61,640 nucleotides of DNA from a virus: IMG/VR virus record IMGVR_UViG_3300001688_000037. One strand, given 5' to 3'. Each line of letters begins with the position of its first letter. Position 1 is the stretch's first letter. Below the pieces are notes generated by a model that saw only the letters and a list, made by a program, of their open reading frames with translations, was not told where the DNA came from and did not search any database. A program made the translations under genes and the position numbers. This document shows, one piece after another, positions 1-6,591 of the stretch.

Positions 1-88
1 CTAGGTATTTCCCATGCCCTATCCTCTGGTAAATATCTCCTCTCTGCCAGCTCCTTTACCTTAGCCACAGTACTAGGATCATACTTAA
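1..88. repeat. Terminal overlap copy 1 (identical to 61553..61640): circular closure or short terminal redundancy
   Basis: Compared base by base: the first 88 nt (ctaggtatttcccatgcc...ggatcatacttaa) recur exactly as the last 88 nt of the window. Confidence 0.95.
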
Positions 89-149
89 AGGAGAGCTTAT
101 AGGCATCATCATAATAGGTACCCTTGCCTATTTTTTCTACTCTAATCAT
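1..149 (-). CDS. SNF2-family helicase, 5' end of the gene (wraps across the circular junction; body is 60028..61640)
   Basis: ATG at 149 lies 8 nt after AGGAGG (rc of 158-163). It reads MIRVEKIGKGTYYDDAYKLSFKYDPSTVAKVKELAERRYLPEDRAWEIPS, in frame with the 530-aa ORF at the window end. Confidence 0.75.
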   Translation of the reverse strand, partial: MIRVEKIGKGTYYDDAYKLSFKYDPSTVAKVKELAERRYLPEDRAWEIP

Positions 150-170
150 AAAAATAACCTCCTGTGATCT

Positions 171-210
171 GTTATAACTAACATAATCACAGGAGGCTTA
201 ATTATTTAGA
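171..210 (-). promoter_or_regulatory. Bipartite motif copy A (TCTAAA-N16-GATTATGTTAGTTATAAC), candidate phage-specific promoter upstream of the SNF2 gene
   Basis: tttaga at 205-210 and taatc at 184-188 on the plus strand, exactly 16 nt apart. Same architecture as 7 other copies. RBS and ATG follow. Confidence 0.55.
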
Positions 211-225
211 TAACCCCTATATAAC

Positions 226-1953
226 TTACGCCACTAGCTGTACATAAAGATCCATAGTACGCCATGTATAATTACTTCCATAATCATAGGAGGTTAAGTA
301 GTGGATATTACTTTCAGTATGTATCTTGCTCCATTTCTCCCTAGATACATACTGAGTTTTCTCTACTACTATCCCCTCACTCAATATCGGTACTATGACT
401 ATAACCTTATCTGGGAAGATCTGCACCTGCTGTAAGTGCTCCAAGAGATAATCTACTCTAAGCTGGCTATTTTCATTTACATACTTAGCTACCTCTGCAT
501 CTATGTTAGCTAGTGTTTTATCAATCTCTGCCAGATCCTCCAGATTAGTATTATTAGCTTTTATCTGCCTCTTAAGCTCTATGATCCTGTTTTCTATAAC
601 ATCCGCTTTTCTACTATATTCCTCTTTTGTGAGTACTCCATCTAAGTAGGCATCCAGTAGCTTATCCTTACGGAGCTCCTCTTTCTTTAGATCTGCCTCT
701 GTAGCCCCTCCATTTGCCTCTAGGAGCTGTTTTCTTAGTTTCTGGAGCCAGTTTACCAGATCCGCCTTAATTACCTCTGTGTTAGCCTGTAACTGCTCCG
801 ATATGATACTCATAATCTCCATAAGAGATCCGTAGGAGATATTCTCATTATCGCATCCTGCCTCATTGATCTCTCCAGCCTTACCTAAGGTACCGTTTCT
901 CTTTCTGGTATATCTTCCTTTAGTCTGTTTGGTACTACATACCCAGTACTCCTCCTTAGAGGTTTTCTGTTTTCTCCAGTAAGGAGCTCCACATACTCCA
1001 CATACCAGCTTACCGCTAAAGGAGTATCCGCTGGTTTTCTTTCCTCTGCCTCTGTGATCGGATCCTGTAGCTATCACTCTCTCCTCATGGATCTTACAGA
1101 TAAGCTCCCACTCCTCCTCTGTTACAATCGGAGGAAAAGCTCCTTTTACATATACCCACTCCTCCTCTGGGAGTTTAATGGTTTTCTTACTTTCAAAATC
1201 GTGCCTCTCTTTGTTAATTATCATGGTACCTACATTTTTACAATCATACACAAACTTAGGTATATCCATAGGTTTCCACGGTTTCCCCACCGTATTTCTG
1301 TAGCCTGCATCGTTAAGCTCCTTAGCTATGAGAGTAGATCCTTTTCTAGCCATGATACCCTCACACATAAGCCTCCTTACCTTAGCCTGCTCTGGATTAA
1401 GATAATACTTACCATCTTTCTTATCCCAGCCAAATACATTACCGCTACCCTGTAGATCTATCTCCTTACCCTGTCTAGCTTTCTCAATTCTGCCATCATG
1501 GTAGTTATGGAGCTTTTTGGAGAGGTTTCTACTAAAATCCTCTGCTATGATAGCTTTAATACCTGTAATAAGGGCATCATCTGGAGAGTAAAATTTCCCA
1601 TCCAGATACATATACAGGAGCTTTCCAGCCTGTACTAAGCGGTTAATAAACAGGTACCAATCTAAGGTATTTCTCATAAGCCTCTCTTGATCCTTGATTA
1701 CTACCACATCAAAATTATCACTAAAAAGATCATCATAGAGCCTCTGGTACTCATCTCTGCCCTTTACCATCGTACCAGTTTTACTCCGATCTATATACTC
1801 ATCTACCAATACCCAGCCATGCTTAGCTATGGCGTTACGGTTTTCCTCTATCTGGAGCTCTATAGCGTTTAACTGCTCCTCCTCTGCTGTGGATACTCTG
1901 GCATAAAATACAGCCCTTAGCCCCACTCGATCCTTTATCTTTGCATAAAACAT
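226..1953 (-). CDS. Large serine recombinase (integrase)
   Basis: About 575 aa. N-terminal resolvase core with RAVFYARVSTAEEEQ (catalytic Ser), Cys-rich zinc ribbon (CGVCGAPYW..WVC), C-terminal coiled coil. Start moved to ATG 1953, 8 nt after AAAGGAG. Confidence 0.85.
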   Translation of the reverse strand: MFYAKIKDRVGLRAVFYARVSTAEEEQLNAIELQIEENRNAIAKHGWVLVDEYIDRSKTGTMVKGRDEYQRLYDDLFSDNFDVVVIKDQERLMRNTLDWYLFINRLVQAGKLLYMYLDGKFYSPDDALITGIKAIIAEDFSRNLSKKLHNYHDGRIEKARQGKEIDLQGSGNVFGWDKKDGKYYLNPEQAKVRRLMCEGIMARKGSTLIAKELNDAGYRNTVGKPWKPMDIPKFVYDCKNVGTMIINKERHDFESKKTIKLPEEEWVYVKGAFPPIVTEEEWELICKIHEERVIATGSDHRGRGKKTSGYSFSGKLVCGVCGAPYWRKQKTSKEEYWVCSTKQTKGRYTRKRNGTLGKAGEINEAGCDNENISYGSLMEIMSIISEQLQANTEVIKADLVNWLQKLRKQLLEANGGATEADLKKEELRKDKLLDAYLDGVLTKEEYSRKADVIENRIIELKRQIKANNTNLEDLAEIDKTLANIDAEVAKYVNENSQLRVDYLLEHLQQVQIFPDKVIVIVPILSEGIVVEKTQYVSREKWSKIHTESNIHYLTSYDYGSNYTWRTMDLYVQLVA

Positions 1954-2137
1954 CCTGTACACTCCTTTACGATCCTGTTATTTTGCTCCTGTGAGCTCCT
2001 GTGTGCCTCACAGAGCCACAAAAAGTATCTTAGGGTAGATTTCCCTACCCCCTAAAAATTAACCTGCCTTAAATCGGCTAATTTTCAGTATGTATCTATT
2101 ATACAACCCTTATATAAAAATAGCAACAAAAAAAAAA

Positions 2138-2177
2138 GAGGGGAGATACCAGCCAATAATAGCCAATATCTCCCCTC
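2138..2177 (-). terminator. Rho-independent terminator after the endolysin gene
   Basis: 11-bp stem gaggggagata/tatctcccctc, followed on the minus strand by a T10 run (plus A-run 2128-2137). Confidence 0.75.
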
Positions 2178-2206
2178 TCACTCTATAGGTAAATTATAGG
2201 AGTGCC

Positions 2207-3136
2207 TTAAGGTAATTTAATGATCTGCCCTACATGGATCAAATTCTTATTTTTGATACCGTTGAGAGTTACCAGAGCATCTACTGTAGTACCGTATTTT
2301 TTAGCAATCTTACTAAGGGTATCTCCCTTAACTACTTTGTAAGTTTTGCCAGAGCTTTTACCTGCAATATCCGCCTCATTAGTCCAGCCATATACTGTAG
2401 ATCCCTTACCTGCTACTGCTTTCAAGTGGTAAGGATGAGGTTTTCCCTTACTTACTGCTGTAACCTGTGCTAAGCCAGCCTTACACGCCTTAGCTACACC
2501 GCCCTTATAGGAGCTTGTGTAGTGTAGGCATCCTGTAAAGTTTACAATATCTCCTACATTGTACTTAAGCTCATCTGTAACTACAGGAGTACTAGGAGTA
2601 ACAGGCTTAGCCTCCTCCTTTTCTTTCTCTGTAGCCTTACTAGCATACTTAGGAATACCAAAACCACGGATACACTTAGCATTTACCTTAATGTTTCTGT
2701 ATCCTACTGAATTACTGATATTGCCCTCTACGATTTTCATAGTACCGTTAGTAACGGATACTACAATACCTACATGATCGGAGTAACCTGTGTTATCTCC
2801 TACACCGTTATCCTCCCAATCATAGAAAATATAATCTCCTGCCTTAGGAGTATAGTTTTCGTTTTCCTGCCAGCTACCAAGTTTCTTAAAGAGCTCAATA
2901 TGCCTCTGGCATCCACACTCTGTAGGGATAATATCTGTGAGCCCTGCCTCAATAGCTACAGCGGATGCAAAGGTAGAGCACCAAGCATCTGTATACTTAA
3001 CTTTGTAACCCACCGCTAAAGGCTTATGTGCATTGTAAATATCAATGATTTTCTTGTGAGATCCATCACTCTCTTTACAACCTACCCAGCCAGTAGCAAT
3101 CTTAACGATTTTCTCTCTAAGCTGTTTCTCTGTCAT
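2207..3136 (-). CDS. Endolysin: CHAP/NlpC-P60-type peptidase domain with C-terminal LysM
   Basis: Cys-His core (DAWCSTFAS ... SDHVGIVVS ... VEGN). C-terminal Lys[30 protein letters not shown]. Sits in the lysis cassette. Confidence 0.8.
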   Translation of the reverse strand: MTEKQLREKIVKIATGWVGCKESDGSHKKIIDIYNAHKPLAVGYKVKYTDAWCSTFASAVAIEAGLTDIIPTECGCQRHIELFKKLGSWQENENYTPKAGDYIFYDWEDNGVGDNTGYSDHVGIVVSVTNGTMKIVEGNISNSVGYRNIKVNAKCIRGFGIPKYASKATEKEKEEAKPVTPSTPVVTDELKYNVGDIVNFTGCLHYTSSYKGGVAKACKAGLAQVTAVSKGKPHPYHLKAVAGKGSTVYGWTNEADIAGKSSGKTYKVVKGDTLSKIAKKYGTTVDALVTLNGIKNKNLIHVGQIIKLP

Positions 3137-3166
3137 GGTTAAATACCTCCTTAACTCATGTTAAAA

Positions 3167-3189
3167 GGGAGAGCCATTACAGCTCTCCC
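3167..3189 (-). terminator. Hairpin/terminator between holin-like gene and endolysin
   Basis: 8-bp stem gggagagc/gctctccc, loop TGTAATG on the minus strand, followed by TTTTAA. Confidence 0.5.
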
Positions 3190-3195
3190 TCCTGC

Positions 3196-3516
3196 TTATT
3201 TCAATTTCAAATTGTGTACCTGTTCGATTAACTGGAGTACCTTATCATATCCCACCATAGCTCCTACCCATACCGCTACAGCCATAAGTACCATACAAAG
3301 GATATTAGGCGGAGTAAATGCAATCCCTAAAAAGATGTACATAAGAGCGGTACCGCCAATCCCTACGATAATGGAAATAATGAGTACTACTACATTAGAG
3401 GAGTACTTTACTCTCATATTATCCAGAAATTTCTTTACCGCCTCTGTAAAGAGGGATACTGCTACTGCCAAGATAACCAAAAGTGCCATAAAAAGTGTAA
3501 GTGTCATTTCCTGCAC
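3196..3516 (-). CDS. Holin-like membrane protein
   Basis: 106 aa, three hydrophobic helices, charged C-terminus, immediately upstream of the endolysin. Confidence 0.55.
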   Translation of the reverse strand: MQEMTLTLFMALLVILAVAVSLFTEAVKKFLDNMRVKYSSNVVVLIISIIVGIGGTALMYIFLGIAFTPPNILCMVLMAVAVWVGAMVGYDKVLQLIEQVHNLKLK

Positions 3517-3522
3517 ACCTCC

Positions 3523-3963
3523 TTAATAATTTTGGATCTCTATCTCACTCTGGATAGCCTCCTCTAAGGCTCCATCCAGCTTAGTATCCATCATCCTATC
3601 TATCTTATCAATCTCCTCCATAATGAGGTTATACTCCTCCTCTGGGAGCCGATCCTTAAGCCTTATCTCCAGCCTTAAGCGGAGTAACACAAAACGGATC
3701 TTAGCCTTAGATAGGTTTTCGATCTTAGCCTTATTGAGATAGAAAACAATGGAGGCACCAAAGATACCTCCTGTGGTTAATATAATCTGTGTGGCGTAAC
3801 TGGAAATATCATAACCCTCTTTCATATCTGCCCTCACTAAGAAAAGAGATAATACAAAGAGTGCTCCTGTTACTATTACCAGCTTTTTACTAAACTCCGT
3901 TTTACGCCTAGCGGAGCTTAGAGATAATATGGATCCCCTCCTTTTGGCTTTCTTCTTTGCCAT
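3523..3963 (-). CDS. Membrane protein of the lysis cassette (function unknown)
   Basis: 146 aa. Basic N-terminus (MAKKKAKRRG), two hydrophobic helices, coiled-coil C-terminus. Confidence 0.5.
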   Translation of the reverse strand: MAKKKAKRRGSILSLSSARRKTEFSKKLVIVTGALFVLSLFLVRADMKEGYDISSYATQIILTTGGIFGASIVFYLNKAKIENLSKAKIRFVLLRLRLEIRLKDRLPEEEYNLIMEEIDKIDRMMDTKLDGALEEAIQSEIEIQNY

Positions 3964-3979
3964 AAGTCAACACGCTCCC

Positions 3980-4288
3980 TTACTTTAAGCCCAGAGATAC
4001 CGCAAGGTATCCTAAGATAATGGTTACTAAGCCAGCCACAATAAGCCACTTAAATTTTTCCCACTTATCTCCATCTTTGCTCTCCAGCTTATCTAATCGT
4101 GAGATCGTATCATTAAGATCCCCTCTCATGTATTTAGTTTCCACCGCTAACTCTTTGATAGCTCCAATAAGCTCATCGTTTTTTTCAATAGCCTTATCGT
4201 GCTCATCCAGCCTATGAGAGTTACTCTTAGAGCGGTTTTCCACTTCGGTTAGCCTGTGCTCAATCTGTATCTTTTCTGCCTCTGTCAT
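3980..4288 (-). CDS. XhlA-like lysis-associated protein
   Basis: 102 aa. N-terminal coiled coil plus a single C-terminal TM helix (WLIVAGLVTIILGYLAVSLGL). Layout and position match XhlA of PBSX-like elements. Confidence 0.55.
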   Translation of the reverse strand: MTEAEKIQIEHRLTEVENRSKSNSHRLDEHDKAIEKNDELIGAIKELAVETKYMRGDLNDTISRLDKLESKDGDKWEKFKWLIVAGLVTIILGYLAVSLGLK

Positions 4289-4313
4289 GTGCTCCTCCTT
4301 TCTGCAAAAGTAA

Positions 4314-4338
4314 AGAGAGGGCTAAAAGCCCTCCCTCT
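4314..4338 (-). terminator. Imperfect hairpin/terminator
   Basis: agagagggc-taaaa-gccctccctct (one bulge), T-rich tail on the minus strand. Confidence 0.4.
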
Positions 4339-4463
4339 TACTCTGCCAGCTCTGGTACTTCCAGATCAATAAGGATTTCCTTTACCTGCTCCTTAAGGAT
4401 CTCTGGCACATCTGCAAAGGTTTTCTTACCCTTAACAATGAGGGTAGCGTAGATAACTGCCAT
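4338..4463 (-). CDS. Small protein (41 aa), paralog of 4520..4627
   Basis: Not in the ORF track (<60 aa). ATG 4463 follows AAAGGAGGTACCGACT. Reads MAVIYATLIVKGKKTFADVPEILKEQVKEILIDLEVPELAE. Confidence 0.55.
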   Translation of the reverse strand: MAVIYATLIVKGKKTFADVPEILKEQVKEILIDLEVPELAE

Positions 4464-4519
4464 AGTCGGTACCTCCTTTCTAAAGAATAACTTTAGGATA
4501 AAATTGATAACCATACCAA

Positions 4520-4627
4520 TTACTCCTCATTTTCTAAGAGCTTTTCCACCTCTGGGCGGAGCTTTTCTGGAACATCCTCCAGAGTTTTAAGCCCTTTTCT
4601 AATAAGATCTGCGTATACCTGTGCCAT
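4520..4627 (-). CDS. Small protein (35 aa), paralog of 4338..4463
   Basis: ATG 4627 follows AAAGGAGATTAGCT. Reads MAQVYADLIRKGLKTLEDVPEKLRPEVEKLLENEE. Shares the pattern xxYAxLIxKGxKTxxDVPExL with its neighbour. Confidence 0.55.
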   Translation of the reverse strand: MAQVYADLIRKGLKTLEDVPEKLRPEVEKLLENEE

Positions 4628-4646
4628 AGCTAATCTCCTTTCTGCC

Positions 4647-4925
4647 TTACAGCATCATCTCATATACATCCACTAAGGCTAACTGGAGGCTAGTTGTCTG
4701 CTCCTCCAGAGAGGCGTTTTGAGCTGTTAAGATCTGGATATACTCATCCTTTGTATAGATGATCTGCTCCGCAATTTCCCAGCCATCAAAGCCAGTACCC
4801 ATCTCATCATCCTTAGCCTCCTCATGGATCTCCTTGATACCATTGTTAATGATAACATGGTAATCATCCTGCTCCATCGGTAATACTTCTGGAGCTGTAC
4901 TCCTTACGCTTGTGAATTTCTGCAT
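4647..4925 (-). CDS. Hypothetical acidic protein downstream of the RT (tail-fibre-associated, XkdW-position)
   Basis: 92 aa. AAGGAGG lies 9 nt upstream of ATG 4925. Overlaps the RT 3' end by 62 nt. Confidence 0.55.
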   Translation of the reverse strand: MQKFTSVRSTAPEVLPMEQDDYHVIINNGIKEIHEEAKDDEMGTGFDGWEIAEQIIYTKDEYIQILTAQNASLEEQTTSLQLALVDVYEMML

Positions 4926-6123
4926 TGCCTTTTACCTCCTTTAAGTAGTATTCGTGCATATATTCCACATTAGGCTCCACATATTTATGATATAAGCGGT
5001 AGCTATCACAATGTTGTAGCCAGCCTTTGTAGCTATTAAATGAGCACCACTCACTATAAGTAGGGCTCACATTATTTTCTCTCTTTTTAGATATTGCTAA
5101 CATTTTCCTCTTGAAACTCTTACAAGTGGATTTTCTAAGGAGTGTGTACTCTCCAAAGAAACGATAGCCTACAAAATCAATCCCCCTAACCTTTGAGGGA
5201 AATACCTGCCAGTTATGCTTAATAACCTGTTTAAGGTTTTCCGCTAAAAACTCATCAATTTCTCTCTTTAGCTGGTGTAGTTCCTCTTTCGATTTACCAA
5301 AGATCACTATATCATCCATGTATCTGTAGTAATACTTAACTCCCTTAACCTCTTTGAGCCAATGATCCAAAATGGATAGATTAAGATTACCGCTATACTG
5401 GGATACATAGTTTCCTATAGGTATTCCTACACCATCTACAAACTCTTTTCCATTATCATCTATGATAATATTTACTAGCACTCCTAACCGCTGGAGTATC
5501 TCTAAGTTTTCCTCCGTAGCTGGACAAGTGCTAATACTATCTATGATCTCATCCAGTAACCATATAAGCTCTGGATCCTTAAAGATTTCCCTGTACCTCT
5601 GTTTGAGTACCTCATGCACTATAGTAGGGTAATACTTCCGTACATCTAATTTCAAACAGTAGGCGGTACCCTCTGGATCCGATACTAAGATACTAGGTAT
5701 CCACTTTTGGTAGACTACCTTACCATCCTTTTTAATCTTCTTTGTGTATCCCCTTAAATCATTTACGATAGGCTGGATACCCTTATTAGGTATGGCACTA
5801 TATGTATCCTTAGTTAAATTCTTTAAGAGATAGGGCTCTATAACCTGTAGGATAGCCCATTGACATATACGGTCTGGATAATAAGGGAGCTTGTAGATTT
5901 CCCTCTCTTTCTTTCCCTCCGTTTTGGTAAATACCTCATAATCGGAGGTTTTATATGTATGATCTATAAGGCTTGTTTGCAATCTCCGTAAGTGCTTATC
6001 TAGGCTACTTTCAACCTGCTTTACTTCCGCATACCACCCTTTTCCTCTCTTTGCGTTCTTGTGGGCTTTTCTTAGGTTATCCATATCACAGATTTTAGAG
6101 TAAAGATCTCCTGTACCTTTCAT
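4864..6123 (-). CDS. DGR-type reverse transcriptase
   Basis: YRYMDDIVIFG catalytic box and IGNYVSQYSGN (IGxxxSQ, DGR-typical motif 4). Start set to ATG 6123 (MKGTGDLYSKICDMDNLRKAHKNAKRGK) behind AAGGTGG. Cognate TR/VR pair immediately upstream. Confidence 0.9.
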   Translation of the reverse strand: MKGTGDLYSKICDMDNLRKAHKNAKRGKGWYAEVKQVESSLDKHLRRLQTSLIDHTYKTSDYEVFTKTEGKKEREIYKLPYYPDRICQWAILQVIEPYLLKNLTKDTYSAIPNKGIQPIVNDLRGYTKKIKKDGKVVYQKWIPSILVSDPEGTAYCLKLDVRKYYPTIVHEVLKQRYREIFKDPELIWLLDEIIDSISTCPATEENLEILQRLGVLVNIIIDDNGKEFVDGVGIPIGNYVSQYSGNLNLSILDHWLKEVKGVKYYYRYMDDIVIFGKSKEELHQLKREIDEFLAENLKQVIKHNWQVFPSKVRGIDFVGYRFFGEYTLLRKSTCKSFKRKMLAISKKRENNVSPTYSEWCSFNSYKGWLQHCDSYRLYHKYVEPNVEYMHEYYLKEVKGNAEIHKRKEYSSRSITDGAG

Positions 6124-6370
6124 ATCTGTATACCCACCTTTGCTATTTTTGTATGTGCATAAAGAGGAGCCAGCTATCCGCCATAGCACCTCTGTACTTC
6201 CTTGCAAGCATCAGTAAAAACGGTTTACAGATAAACTCTGCACATAGGCACCTCTTTATGATTTTTTACCAGCCCTCACAAGAGAGGCTTTTTATTTTCT
6301 GGCAAGAGCCACGGTAGCTGTTACTCACTTAGGGTTTTATTTCTAAGTGTCATGGTATAACACTATTTAT

Positions 6371-6496
6371 GCACATATAGTAAGTGACTGCTGATATTCC
6401 GATTACGATTAGAGGAGGTATTATTCACATTAAGATACCATGCTCCACAATTAGAGCCATTATTCCATTTACCACCCAATTTAGTAATTAAGAAAC
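6371..6496 (-). repeat. DGR template repeat (TR)
   Basis: 126 nt, non-coding, aligns without gaps to 6612-6737. 38 adenines on the minus strand. In the VR frame it is rich in AAT/AAA codons. Confidence 0.9.
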
Positions 6497-6591
6497 TCTT
6501 TACAGCTACCGACAAAAGGGTATTAAAAAAGAGCCTTTACAGCCCTCTTTCAATACCCCATTGATTTTATTATTTTATTGTTACGATGGTT

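Noticed and set aside
1954-2206. Inverted repeats (ctgtgag..ctcacag at 1991-2020; gggtag..ctaccc at 2032-2052) as the attP core of the serine integrase
   Set aside because: The location next to int is plausible, but without the bacterial attB or attL/attR junctions I cannot distinguish attP from int promoter or regulatory hairpins, so it is not called as a feature.
4647-4925. Considered the 92-aa ORF downstream of the RT as the missing Avd accessory protein
   Set aside because: It is strongly acidic and its C-terminus looks like a fibre-associated coiled segment, whereas Avd proteins are basic four-helix bundles. The question is kept open in the findings, but the ORF is not called Avd.
4864-6123. 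Alternative readings of the RT as a retron, group II intron or Abi-type RT
   Set aside because: There is an adjacent TR/VR pair with adenine-only mismatches and an IGxxxSQ motif. There are no intron RNA domains, no maturase or endonuclease extension, and no msr/msd-like inverted repeats flanking it.
6124-6207. N-terminal extension of the RT ORF proposed by the ORF track (MQGSTEVLWRIAGSS...)
   Set aside because: There is no RBS before 6207. The ATG at 6123 has AAGGTGG upstream, and the protein then begins with the LYxxIxxxxNLxxAxxxAxRGK-type N-terminus typical of DGR RTs.
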